Shown here: one piece after another, positions 9,321 to 18,257 of the stretch
How the letters are laid out: each line of letters starts with the position of its first letter
Position numbering within the stretch: position 1 is the first letter of the stretch
UHGV virus genome: UHGV-0019118
Origin: a virus
Strand: one strand, 5' to 3'
DNA length: 31,495 nt
The notes under the pieces: generated by a model
What the model saw: only the letters and a program-made list of their open reading frames with translations
The model's database searches: none
What the model was told of the DNA's origin: nothing
Translations under genes and position numbers: made by a program

Positions 9321-10221
9321 CTGAGCCCCCGATAGTTATCTGGTACTCGGTGCAGTTCGACGCCTGCGACTTACTCAGCACAATGTCGGCCTGCGGTGAT
9401 GCCAGCTCGACACGCTGCACCCCCTCAACATGCAGAGCCGCATAAATGGCTGACAGACGGATATCACGCCCGAGGCGGTGCTGCGCGCTGATGTAGCTCT
9501 GCAGCTTCTGCTCTGATGCCTGCCTGATGGGTTCAGATTCGGGACCGGGGTAAACGTAGAGCGTCGCGTCAATCTGGTACGGCACAATCTCGGCTGACTG
9601 GACGGTAACCCAGTCGGCCACCGGGCGCACATCTTCGGCGTTCAGCGCTTTATCAACAATCGCCAGTAGTTCAGGGCTGGCAGTGCCGTCACCCTCGCGC
9701 GATAGCACGGTAATCGTCACGCAGGCTGGCGACGGACTTGCGACCGAGACGTCAGCGACCCGCCCGTCGGCGCTGCGACCGTGATACTCATATGCGCCGA
9801 CCGGACCCGCCACGCTCAATCCCTCAAACGCCTGTTGCGTGCGCAGTCGCAGGTCAGTATCAGATTCCATAACGGCAGGTGTCGGCGGGATGGTGGTGTC
9901 ATCCGCCGGGGTGATGGTCAGGCGTTCGGTATTGTTGTTCCCGGCCACGACGTCGAGGTCGTTACCGGCGGAGTAGGCCAGCGTCACCGCCTGTGCGGCT
10001 TCATTCACCCGCTGACGCCAGATAACTTCACGGTAGGCGTTTTCCTGCAGCAGCTTAACAATCGGCTCTGACTCAAGTGTGAGCGTCCGGGCAATGGCCT
10101 CCTGCTGGTCTTCGGGATAGAGCGAAATCAGCGTCGCAATGCGTTCCGCAAGGATGGTTTCATAGTCCAGTTCCTCAACCACATCGGGAACGGGTAACTG
10201 ACTCAGGTCAACGGTTGCCAT
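9313..10221 (-). CDS. J: Baseplate protein J
   Basis: 302 aa, same length as P2 gpJ, between W and I. Confidence 0.8.
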   Translation of the reverse strand: MATVDLSQLPVPDVVEELDYETILAERIATLISLYPEDQQEAIARTLTLESEPIVKLLQENAYREVIWRQRVNEAAQAVTLAYSAGNDLDVVAGNNNTERLTITPADDTTIPPTPAVMESDTDLRLRTQQAFEGLSVAGPVGAYEYHGRSADGRVADVSVASPSPACVTITVLSREGDGTASPELLAIVDKALNAEDVRPVADWVTVQSAEIVPYQIDATLYVYPGPESEPIRQASEQKLQSYISAQHRLGRDIRLSAIYAALHVEGVQRVELASPQADIVLSKSQASNCTEYQITIGGSDE

Positions 10222-10227
10222 AGTTAT

Positions 10228-10575
10228 TTAACTCAGTGAAACAGTGGTTGAAACTGACGCACCGGTATCGGTACGCATCCCGGTAATATCGACATACATC
10301 TCGCCAGCGTCGCCGGCCTCAAAGCTGATGGATGTAAGCCTGATGCGCGGCTCCCACTTCTGGATAGCCGAATAGCACGCCACCATAATTTGCAGCCTGA
10401 GCGCCGGGTTTTGCGGCATATCAATCAGCGCCGACAGAAGCGAGCCATATTCACGACGCATCACCCGCGAGCCGACCGGCGTCAGCAGAATATCGCGCAT
10501 GCTCTGGCTGATATGCTCACTGTCACGGATAGCGAGGCCGGTATTGCGGTTCATCCCCATATAACGCGCCGTCAT
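10228..10575 (-). CDS. W: Baseplate protein W (gp25-like)
   Basis: 115 aa, same length as P2 gpW, between V and J. Confidence 0.75.
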   Translation of the reverse strand: MTARYMGMNRNTGLAIRDSEHISQSMRDILLTPVGSRVMRREYGSLLSALIDMPQNPALRLQIMVACYSAIQKWEPRIRLTSISFEAGDAGEMYVDITGMRTDTGASVSTTVSLS

Positions 10576-11213
10576 TTAGTGCCCTCCGTCCAGCTCCCGC
10601 CCCGTTGCACGCCACCGTGACCGTGGTCATCAACCTGCACACCGTTTGATTTCAACGTGCCGCCAGTATGTTCGATGTTTCCCCGCATGGTGCCGCCTTT
10701 CTGCACCTCAAGCGTCGCCGTCGTCAGTTTGTTGGTGCAGACCACCTCCGGGCTGTCGAGGGTGATGCGAGTTTCTGCTTTCACAAGCACCACCGGCACA
10801 GTGGCGGTGATGGACTCCGATGCCGTCACATCAGCAGTCTTAATGCCACTGACCGTCAGCGCACCGGTTTCCGGCTCATACTCCATAACCGCGCCATCAG
10901 GGAACACCACATGCCACGCATCCGCCGAGGCAGACGGGGCGGGGTTATCGTCTGAGAAAATCCCCGGCAGCACGAAAGCGGTATCAAGCTCGCCACCAAT
11001 CGCCAGCAGCAGTACCTGCTCACCGACCGAGGGAGCCCACCATGTACGCGAACGACCGGCGCGGGTAGTAAGCCAGTTCAGCCATGTAGTCTGGATCCCG
11101 CCGCTTTGTACGCGGCACAGCCCCTGCACGGTATCGACCTCAGTCACCACACCTGAGCGGATGAGATTGCGAATTGCACGAGCTAGTTCTTGAATGCTGT
11201 TTAGTGTGTTCAT
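10572..11213 (-). CDS. V: Baseplate spike protein V
   Basis: 213 aa, first gene of the V-J-W-I-H-G block. Confidence 0.75.
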   Translation of the reverse strand: MNTLNSIQELARAIRNLIRSGVVTEVDTVQGLCRVQSGGIQTTWLNWLTTRAGRSRTWWAPSVGEQVLLLAIGGELDTAFVLPGIFSDDNPAPSASADAWHVVFPDGAVMEYEPETGALTVSGIKTADVTASESITATVPVVLVKAETRITLDSPEVVCTNKLTTATLEVQKGGTMRGNIEHTGGTLKSNGVQVDDHGHGGVQRGGSWTEGTK

Positions 11214-11401
11214 GTAGCAAGAATGACGCAGTTAAAGCTATGGGGCTACCGAGGGAAAATTGTTCAGCAATGGGACAACAAACATCGAGGTCTAGACCTT
11301 AAAAAAATAGCCTTGTTCTAGATCGCCCTTCCAATTACACTTGATTTAATCTCGACAGAGATGGAATTCTAAATGGCTAGCTTATAATTCAGGATTGAAA
11401 A

Positions 11402-12265
11402 ATGGAAGAATCTAAAAGAATACGCCAATTAAAAGAAAACCTCATAAAGGAACTACCTTTCTTTCCAAATGAAAAATCAATACGCACTGAACTAGAAAAT
11501 CAAAGTTTAAATGGGGTTTTAATCGCTTACCTCCACTGGAAAACAAGAATTGTGCCGACCCGCAGAAGGAGAGTTCATATATATCCAGAGGTAACGAGCG
11601 ATAAAAGATGGAAAGAACTAAAACTTGGTATTCATGGGTTACTGGATAAGGTCAGAAAAGGTGAAGACTTATACCCTCATCTTTCATTGCGCGCACATAA
11701 GTATGGCTACACTCCTGTTGAAAGAATTCGTAATGGAGATGCTGATTCATGGGAAGACAAAGATCAGTTATTAAATACGAAAGGTTTTCATCATTTTCAT
11801 TTGAGCATGAATATTCAAAGTACAGGCTTGGCCGAAAGGACAAATAATGTTCTTTTTGCCTTCGTTTCTCGCGACCAGTTTCATGCTGTGGGGATATTTG
11901 ATCATAGTGTATTTGATAAACCCGATAGTTTAAATGGCATGACTGAGGAACGTGAAAGAATGTGGACCCTGCATGAAAAATACATCACATTCGGAATGAA
12001 AGCTGGCACAGTGTATATAAACAATCTGATAACAGCATCCGGGCATCCTGTAAATCTTATCATGCTCGCCGATCGTTATGCTGCAATCATCCGAGAATAT
12101 GACCAGAAGGCGGAAGACAGAATTTTTGTAAATGAGCTTTATGCTCAAAGCCCACTTCCCTCTCCAGAAAGGTTTAAATTTGAGTGGCGCATAGAGGGTT
12201 TGGATCTTGTTCTTTTTGATAAAAAAAACAGAGTGGCCTTTAACGTCTACAAAGCTCACATTTAA
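11402..12265 (+). CDS. Hypothetical protein, AT-rich cargo gene (moron) between V and S
   Basis: 287-aa ORF on the strand opposite to all flanking late genes; visibly AT-rich; AGGA 7 nt upstream of ATG; TATAAT at about 11383-11388; strong hairpin directly downstream. Confidence 0.6.
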   Translation: MEESKRIRQLKENLIKELPFFPNEKSIRTELENQSLNGVLIAYLHWKTRIVPTRRRRVHIYPEVTSDKRWKELKLGIHGLLDKVRKGEDLYPHLSLRAHKYGYTPVERIRNGDADSWEDKDQLLNTKGFHHFHLSMNIQSTGLAERTNNVLFAFVSRDQFHAVGIFDHSVFDKPDSLNGMTEERERMWTLHEKYITFGMKAGTVYINNLITASGHPVNLIMLADRYAAIIREYDQKAEDRIFVNELYAQSPLPSPERFKFEWRIEGLDLVLFDKKNRVAFNVYKAHI

Positions 12266-12282
12266 GCATGTGAATATATTTT

Positions 12283-12312
12283 TCTCTGCTGCTATTAAAT
12301 TAGCAGCAGAGA
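12283..12312. terminator. Bidirectional hairpin terminator between the moron and S
   Basis: Perfect 11-bp inverted repeat tctctgctgct / agcagcagaga with an AT-rich loop, T-runs on both sides. Confidence 0.55.
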
Positions 12313-12321
12313 ATTAATCAA

Positions 12322-12774
12322 TTATCTTAGGAAAAGATACTGTAAGACCACTTCCTCCATCAATGTCACTTCATCTTGGTTAAATCCGAGCAACGGGCGC
12401 GCCTCGTACTGCACATCGCGGCTGTTGCGGTTTGGCCGGTCTTTGAGGCCATACTGATGCACCCGCGCCATGCGCTGCACCCTGCCGGTAAACTCCACCA
12501 CAGCCGAACTGTCGCTGCCTTTGGCTTTCATAAAACGACTGGTGCGCAGTCTGGTGAACATCTCGCGCTTAATGCGGCCTTTCTTGCTCCGCACAGGCTG
12601 GCGCTTTCGCGCGGCATACGGGGCGCCGTCGGGTGCCTGCTGCCGCTTAATTCGCTGTTGCTGGCTGGCGCGCAGCTTTTTCGCAATCTCAGCCGCCATT
12701 TGACGACGCGCCGCCGGTGACAGGCTGGCAATCAGACCGGCAAGGCGCTCCTGCAGCACGGTTAACTCACTCAT
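12322..12774 (-). CDS. S: Tail completion / virion morphogenesis protein S
   Basis: 150 aa, same length as P2 gpS, between R and V. Confidence 0.75.
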   Translation of the reverse strand: MSELTVLQERLAGLIASLSPAARRQMAAEIAKKLRASQQQRIKRQQAPDGAPYAARKRQPVRSKKGRIKREMFTRLRTSRFMKAKGSDSSAVVEFTGRVQRMARVHQYGLKDRPNRNSRDVQYEARPLLGFNQDEVTLMEEVVLQYLFLR

Positions 12775-13234
12775 CCCACTTACTCACCAGCTCACCGTTA
12801 ACGTACAGCTCGACCGGGCGCGTCACCGGCTCAGGCAGCGACGGTTCCGGCGCATAGCTGACGTGCAGTGCGCCGTCGACCTCTTTGACGAGCGTGCGCT
12901 CGGTGAGTCTCAGGCTGATACTGATATCGAGCGAATCGTCGTTATTGATATCAATCATCCAGGTGAATCCTTTCTCCCGCCCGTCGTCGGTGGTCATAAT
13001 GTCCGGCTGATGTTCACGCAGCCACGCCTGCACCGGCACGAATATCAAATCGAGGTCGCCGGTGAAGTCAGTCACCACCACGTTAAGCACGTACACTTTT
13101 TCAAACGACAGCGAGCTCGCCAGTCGGGAATCCGTATGCCCGTTATCAGCGAACAGGCGCAGCATATCGGGATTATTTCGGAGCTGCGGCACGGCGTTAA
13201 TCAGCGCTTTGCGCAGGCTTTTGTGCTTCTGCAT
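12767..13234 (-). CDS. R: Tail completion protein R
   Basis: Sequence (SLRKALINAV...NPDMLRLFADNG...SLSFEK...VVTDFTGD...ELYVNGELVSKWDE) resembles P2 gpR; likely start is the ATG at 13232-13234 (the track ORF extends to 13279). Confidence 0.7.
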   Translation of the reverse strand: MQKHKSLRKALINAVPQLRNNPDMLRLFADNGHTDSRLASSLSFEKVYVLNVVVTDFTGDLDLIFVPVQAWLREHQPDIMTTDDGREKGFTWMIDINNDDSLDISISLRLTERTLVKEVDGALHVSYAPEPSLPEPVTRPVELYVNGELVSKWDE

Positions 13235-13487
13235 CGAGTTCATCCTGACAGTGTTTGACGGTTTTGACCTGCAGCGCACAGGCAGTCAGCGCGCCCTCAA
13301 GACGGCGAATATCCGCGCTCAGGTCACCATTTGTTTTCGGGTCACTTCCCGGCATCGGGCAAAGGCTCACCTTCGGGCATCCGTTGACCACAATCACCGG
13401 CGCTGGCGCAGGCGGGGCGGGTGTGCAGCCGACGCACAACATCAGGCAGAGCAGCGTTATACCAGCGGCGAAAGGCTTCATTTTCAT
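13197..13487 (-). CDS. lysC: Rz1-like outer-membrane lipoprotein spanin
   Basis: Starts inside lysB in another frame and runs past its stop; signal peptide with Cys-containing lipobox-like segment LMLCVGC followed by a Pro-rich stretch TPAPPAPAP. Confidence 0.55.
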   Translation of the reverse strand: MKMKPFAAGITLLCLMLCVGCTPAPPAPAPVIVVNGCPKVSLCPMPGSDPKTNGDLSADIRRLEGALTACALQVKTVKHCQDELDAEAQKPAQSAD

Positions 13488-13755
13488 TAAGTAACCTCGT
13501 TATCGTCTGCTCACGGCGGCTGGCTTCTGCGCTTGCCTTTGCGAGCTGTTCGCGCAGTGCCACCTGCGCGGATTCATTACGTCTGGCGAGCTGACCGGCA
13601 ACACTGAGCTGATTTTTCAGCATGCCAATCGTCGTCTTTTGCTCGCTCGCGACACGGTTTGCCGTCTCAAAGGAGCGGGATAAATTGCCGTTCTCATGAC
13701 GCAACCACAGCAGCCCGAGCACGGCCAGCACAAGCAGCGTTATCAGGACTTTCAT
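13342..13755 (-). CDS. lysB: Rz-like inner-membrane spanin
   Basis: Likely start MKVLITLLVLAVLGLLWL (N-terminal transmembrane helix) at the ATG at 13753-13755, overlapping the K stop as ATGA; coiled-coil-like remainder. Confidence 0.6.
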   Translation of the reverse strand: MKVLITLLVLAVLGLLWLRHENGNLSRSFETANRVASEQKTTIGMLKNQLSVAGQLARRNESAQVALREQLAKASAEASRREQTITRLLNENEAFRRWYNAALPDVVRRLHTRPACASAGDCGQRMPEGEPLPDAGK

Positions 13756-14249
13756 GCCACCACCCCGCCAGCCGTGCGCCAGACAGTGACCAGTTTTTCG
13801 AGGCTGTGCTCGCGCTGGCCGTAACCGGCACCCGGTAATGACGCCCAGATATTGCGACAACGGGAAACAGCACGCTCAATACGCCCCGCCCGGATATCAT
13901 CAATAGCGCCACGCTCCCGGATTAACTGGAGCGCGAGCTTGTCCTGCGACAGTGGGCTGAAATCAGGCAGTGAGAGCTGTTTTTTATAGTGCGGCCAGAA
14001 CAGATAAAGCTGCTGGTAACGCCCCGATGCCGTGGATTTCTCGCCACGGCGATTAAACACTTTCGGTGGTCGGCCATGTGCGAAAGGGTGGTCGCTGTAA
14101 TCGGTGAAAATCTCTGGCTTACCATCAAGGCCGGTGACAATGACGTCATAGCCACGGTTTTTCGTCAGCGGATGGTTCGCTGTTCCTTCGGAATACGCCA
14201 GCATGTCCAGAAAGGCGGCGATATTCTGGTGAGTATTAATGACCGGCAT
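13752..14249 (-). CDS. K: Endolysin (phage lysozyme)
   Basis: 166 aa from the ATG at 14247-14249 (MPVINTHQNIAAFLDMLAYSEGTANHP...); size and sequence resemble P2 gpK; the longer track ORF is an upstream extension. Confidence 0.8.
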   Translation of the reverse strand: MPVINTHQNIAAFLDMLAYSEGTANHPLTKNRGYDVIVTGLDGKPEIFTDYSDHPFAHGRPPKVFNRRGEKSTASGRYQQLYLFWPHYKKQLSLPDFSPLSQDKLALQLIRERGAIDDIRAGRIERAVSRCRNIWASLPGAGYGQREHSLEKLVTVWRTAGGVVA

Positions 14250-14532
14250 CGTCTTCCCCTTTCTGTGACTTAAAGCGGCGCTGTATGGCGATTTCCACCA
14301 CCTGATAACCGGCAATGCCGAGCATGGATCCAATCCCGCACACGGCAGGCAGTGACATATCAGGAAACTGCACCAGAACAACACCGGCGACCATCGAAAC
14401 GAAACCGCCGAGCAGCATGCGTCCGACAAACAGGCGCGGGGTAATGGGCTCACCACCCGCCAGCACTTTTCCGACAACAATCATCACGCCAATCACAAAC
14501 AGTGACAGGACGCCTTTTTCCCCTTCTGTCAT
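14236..14532 (-). CDS. Y: Holin
   Basis: 98 aa with hydrophobic segments and a charged C-terminus; directly upstream of the endolysin gene. Confidence 0.7.
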   Translation of the reverse strand: MTEGEKGVLSLFVIGVMIVVGKVLAGGEPITPRLFVGRMLLGGFVSMVAGVVLVQFPDMSLPAVCGIGSMLGIAGYQVVEIAIQRRFKSQKGEDDAGH

Positions 14533-14535
14533 GGT

Positions 14536-14739
14536 TTACTCCCAAAGGTTGATAGTTTCTGTTACGGGTGACGATGCCACGTCGGGCAGGTCAATCGCCG
14601 TGCCATGCGGCAGAATGACGCCCAGCTCAGACAGACCGGGATTAGCCTGCAGCACCGTCTCGACCACGCCCTCAGTGCGCCCGTAATACCGGGCGCAAAG
14701 CGCGTCGAGGGTGTCGCCCTGCATCGCGTAGACTTTCAT
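14536..14739 (-). CDS. X: Tail protein X (LysM-like)
   Basis: From the ATG at 14737-14739: MKVYAMQGDTLDALCARYYGRTEGVVETVLQANPGLSELG..., 67 aa, closely resembling P2 gpX. Confidence 0.75.
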   Translation of the reverse strand: MKVYAMQGDTLDALCARYYGRTEGVVETVLQANPGLSELGVILPHGTAIDLPDVASSPVTETINLWE

Positions 14740-15248
14740 CAGAGCTGACCCACGATGCAGCGCGGCTTGTCCTGCAGACGCGAGACCGACCAGCGCATAT
14801 CCCGCCACAGGTCATCAATGGTGGTTTCGACGCTGTCGGCTTTTTTGTCACCCTTGCCCGTGGCCTCAACCCCGCGATAACGCTCATACAGGGTGGCGGT
14901 CGCCATCGCCGTCACGGCGCTGAGGTAGTGGAAAACGCGCACATTCTCGCCGTCGATTTCCTCGGCGTCAGGCACGTCGGCCAGTGTCTTAAACCCTGCG
15001 GCAATCTGGCGCAGCCGGTAGTCGTAAAGCTCCGCATTGGTTTCCGCCATGCCGGTCTTGATGGCGTTGCGCAGGCGCGCATCGGAAACCGTCTGCTCAA
15101 GGCGCATCAGTTCGCGCACCCGCTTCGGATCCACATCAGGGAAAAAGAACGTGTTTTTAATCACTGCGTCGCCCGTCTCCGGTGCGGGAATCACCACGCC
15201 CGGTACGTCCTGCGGTTCGTCGGGCTGATTCAGTATTACTGTCGTCAT
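14739..15248 (-). CDS. L: Head completion/stabilisation protein L
   Basis: 169 aa, same length as P2 gpL, downstream of M. Confidence 0.8.
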   Translation of the reverse strand: MTTVILNQPDEPQDVPGVVIPAPETGDAVIKNTFFFPDVDPKRVRELMRLEQTVSDARLRNAIKTGMAETNAELYDYRLRQIAAGFKTLADVPDAEEIDGENVRVFHYLSAVTAMATATLYERYRGVEATGKGDKKADSVETTIDDLWRDMRWSVSRLQDKPRCIVGQL

Positions 15249-15341
15249 GACAACCTCATTAGGTTGGGCGGTGGACGCCGGTCGCCGTCAGGGTCAAAAC
15301 CCGCTTTGACCGGCGTGCCGCCCGGCTCGGGGAGCGTTCAG

Positions 15342-16091
15342 TTAACCGGCGGTTTTTACCGCCTTTGGTGGACGCCCGCGCTTTGCCGCCGGTTTGTTGG
15401 CAGGTTTGCGCGTGCGCGGTTTAGTCGTTTTACGGGGCGCGGCCTCTGGCTTTGGCTTCAATGCCCGTTCCAGTCGCTCAATCTCCTTGCGCACACCGGC
15501 ATTGCGGTCGAGCTGCATCGCGCGCTGAAACTGCGCCAGCGCCTCTGCATTCATACCGGCATCACGCAGGGTCAGGCCTGTCACCTTATGCAGACGGGCG
15601 CGCACCATATCGGGAACGTCAGCGCCGTCGGTCAGGTCGATAGTGGTCTGCAGCCAGGAAAGGTCGACAGACTCACCGGCATCGCGCAGGCGCTGCGCAG
15701 CAAGCGCCACTTCCTCAACCAGCATGTAAGGTGTTGTGCGGCGGTGGTCAGAGGTGAGGCCGTATTTCAGCGCGTACGGGGCAATTTCCAGCGCGCCAGC
15801 GATATCACCGGCATCGAGACGCCACAGCATGACGGTCATGACAATGTCATCCTGCGCACCACGGCCATCAGCCAGCACACCGGCGACCCACGGCGCATAG
15901 AACGGCAGCAGCTCGCGCTTTTTCTCGGCTTTACGTTCGTTTGAACGGATGTTTTTTAACGTGCGGCGGTCATCGGCCAGCTTAACCAGCATCTGCTCAT
16001 AGGCGGTTGCATGGCGCAGCGGGGCTTGCTCCCGCTGCGCGGCTTGAGAGGCCGAGACCCGCATCATGTGACGCTGTGCGGGGCTCGTCAT
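15342..16091 (-). CDS. M: Terminase endonuclease (small) subunit M
   Basis: 249 aa, basic C-terminus, between N and L. Confidence 0.8.
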   Translation of the reverse strand: MTSPAQRHMMRVSASQAAQREQAPLRHATAYEQMLVKLADDRRTLKNIRSNERKAEKKRELLPFYAPWVAGVLADGRGAQDDIVMTVMLWRLDAGDIAGALEIAPYALKYGLTSDHRRTTPYMLVEEVALAAQRLRDAGESVDLSWLQTTIDLTDGADVPDMVRARLHKVTGLTLRDAGMNAEALAQFQRAMQLDRNAGVRKEIERLERALKPKPEAAPRKTTKPRTRKPANKPAAKRGRPPKAVKTAG

Positions 16092-16094
16092 GGT

Positions 16095-17195
16095 TTAGGC
16101 TCCGCTTTCCGGTGCTGCAGGTGCGGTGAAATCGCCCAGGGTGATGTTTTCCAGCAGGCACCCGGCGGCATACGCCTCGACCACATAGTCGATATTCATC
16201 GACTCGTAGTTTTCAACGCGGTCTTTTTTCGGGTTTTCATCAATGCTGCGGCGGTGACTCTCATCCATGAAATAGATAGAGAGGTTTTCCAGCGTGGTCA
16301 CTAACACGGCATTCGCCGGGAAGTACGGCACACGCACAGCAGGCAGGTTGCCGATTCGCTTCTGGCTGATGATGATATCTGCCGCAAGCGCCTCGCTGTT
16401 TTCCTGCGGCTTGTTCACCAGCGGGAAATATTTGTCGGCCAGCAGCTTACGGCCAACGATGGCAACGAGTTTCGGGTCATCCTGATAAACCTCGTCAATC
16501 AGGTTGTTGGTGGCGTCCATCACCAGCGCGTCGAGGTTCTCATAGTCGCCGTTTCGACCTACACGAATCACTGCTGAAACGACCTTACCGTCAGCGTCGG
16601 TGATGTTGCTCATCACGCGCGTCGGGGCTTCGTTGCGGTATTTCTGCAGCCAGCCGACGGCTACATCCTGCAGCATCGGATTTTTGGCGCGGTCAGAGGT
16701 GGCGGCGCGGGTGGTACCGTTAAAACCGGCCATGATGAAATCGAGCGCCTGACGCTTAACAATGGCGTCACGGATGCGGCGCTGAAAGTCCTGAAAACGC
16801 GCCCACAGGTCGAGGGTTTTGTATTTCAGATGGAAATCAAAGTTAATCTGGTCGCACTCGTACTTGTTGGACTCAAGCGCGGTGAAGTCTGCGGTTTTAC
16901 GCTCATCATCACCCGAGGTGTCGGTCGTGCTGGCGATAGTACCGGTCACACCGACGCCGATTTTCTCCCCCTTCATTTCTGTGACCGGCAGAATATTAAT
17001 CGTCTGCAGAAACGCGGATGACTCCTGCACTTTGTTCATCAGCGTTTGCGTGACGGACGGCTCGACGGTGAACTTTTTACTGACGTCATCAGTGTTGATG
17101 CCGTTCAGCTCAGCGACGCGGGTCAGATAGGCATTGAACTTAAAACGGGTTTCCGGGCGCATAGTATTTCCTGTTTGAATTAATCGGTTAGTCAC
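16095..17195 (-). CDS. N: Major capsid protein N
   Basis: 366 aa, between the scaffold and M. Confidence 0.85.
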   Translation of the reverse strand: MTNRLIQTGNTMRPETRFKFNAYLTRVAELNGINTDDVSKKFTVEPSVTQTLMNKVQESSAFLQTINILPVTEMKGEKIGVGVTGTIASTTDTSGDDERKTADFTALESNKYECDQINFDFHLKYKTLDLWARFQDFQRRIRDAIVKRQALDFIMAGFNGTTRAATSDRAKNPMLQDVAVGWLQKYRNEAPTRVMSNITDADGKVVSAVIRVGRNGDYENLDALVMDATNNLIDEVYQDDPKLVAIVGRKLLADKYFPLVNKPQENSEALAADIIISQKRIGNLPAVRVPYFPANAVLVTTLENLSIYFMDESHRRSIDENPKKDRVENYESMNIDYVVEAYAAGCLLENITLGDFTAPAAPESGA

Positions 17196-17237
17196 AGCAT
17201 CGGGCGGGGTTACCGCCCGGTTTCGGTCTGCGGTTTA

Positions 17238-18092
17238 TCAGCAGTCGGTCAGCAGCTCATCACCGCCACCGCCGCTGGCTTTTGTGCGTCGCGGCTGGCT
17301 GAAACTTTCGGTTTTGTCGAGGGTGGTTTTCAGTGCGGAAAATGCCTGGCTGGTTTCTTCAACCTTGCCGGTCAGTTCCTGTTTGAAAGTGGCAAACGCG
17401 GTTTCCATATCGGAAAGGCGTTTATCCTGCACGGTCAGATTGGTCTGCACATGCTCGCTGACGGTGGTCACCGCTTCATGCACATCATTCAGGCGCGCAT
17501 CGTCGCTGACCTGCTTACGGCTGAAAATGGCTTTCACCTTATCGGCCAGGCTGTTGAACACCGTGTCGGGAACGTCTTCAAACTCCAGTTCTGCCAGCGT
17601 GGCAGCGGAAAAGACGTTTTCAGGGTTGGCCTTAAAGCGCTGCAAAGGGTTGTGCTTCGCGTTGCGGCAGAATTCGAGGTATTCAGTGCCGAGGCTCGCC
17701 GGGTCATCTGTGACGGCCAGACCAACGAGGTAGCATTTGCCGGTATTGGCAAAATTCGGCTGGATTTCCATTGAGGTGTAGACCTTCTGCGCAGCTTTAT
17801 TCATCGCAATAAGGTCCTCGGTCGGGGTGATTTTAGCGAACAACGCCCATTTGCCGTTAAGCGCAGAATCGTCGTCAATCTTCTCGGCTTTCAGCTCGAC
17901 CACATCGCCTAAGCGTTTGAAATCGCCATCGGGAAAGAGGCCGCGAATATGCTCAAGGTTAATGCGGCAACCGTAGACACGAGGGTCAAACGATTCTGCC
18001 ATTTCCTGAATATCGTTACCGCTGATAATGCGGCCATCGCAGGTGTCACCCTCGACGCCGATGCGAAAGAATTTTGAGACTTTTTTTGCCAT
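17238..18092 (-). CDS. O: Capsid scaffolding protein O
   Basis: 284 aa, same length as P2 gpO, first gene of the O operon, divergent from P. Confidence 0.85.
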   Translation of the reverse strand: MAKKVSKFFRIGVEGDTCDGRIISGNDIQEMAESFDPRVYGCRINLEHIRGLFPDGDFKRLGDVVELKAEKIDDDSALNGKWALFAKITPTEDLIAMNKAAQKVYTSMEIQPNFANTGKCYLVGLAVTDDPASLGTEYLEFCRNAKHNPLQRFKANPENVFSAATLAELEFEDVPDTVFNSLADKVKAIFSRKQVSDDARLNDVHEAVTTVSEHVQTNLTVQDKRLSDMETAFATFKQELTGKVEETSQAFSALKTTLDKTESFSQPRRTKASGGGGDELLTDC

Positions 18093-18257
18093 TGTCAGGA
18101 GTCCTGAGGTTGGGGTTACTGGTCAACGCCAGTTTCCAGACTCCAGGCACACGAGACCACTAACGACGGCTGGGTAATCTCCCACACAACAGCACCTTAG
18201 CGAATCACTGACGGCCATTAAGTAGCCTTGCCCTGAATCCACTACGGCGAGGTATCA
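18093..18257. promoter_or_regulatory. Divergent late promoter region between O and P
   Basis: 165-bp intergenic spacer between divergent operons at the position of the P2 late promoters; no motif was mapped. Confidence 0.4.

Noticed and set aside
13694-14155. Small minus-strand ORFs (13694-13912, 13922-14155) nested in lysB/K
   Set aside because: Alternative frames within the endolysin and spanin genes; no start signals; composition-driven.
14928-15944. 338-aa plus-strand ORF spanning the L and M region
   Set aside because: Lies antisense to two well-supported minus-strand genes in GC-rich DNA; no start context, and its product is low-complexity Arg/Gly/His-rich. Typical spurious antisense ORF.
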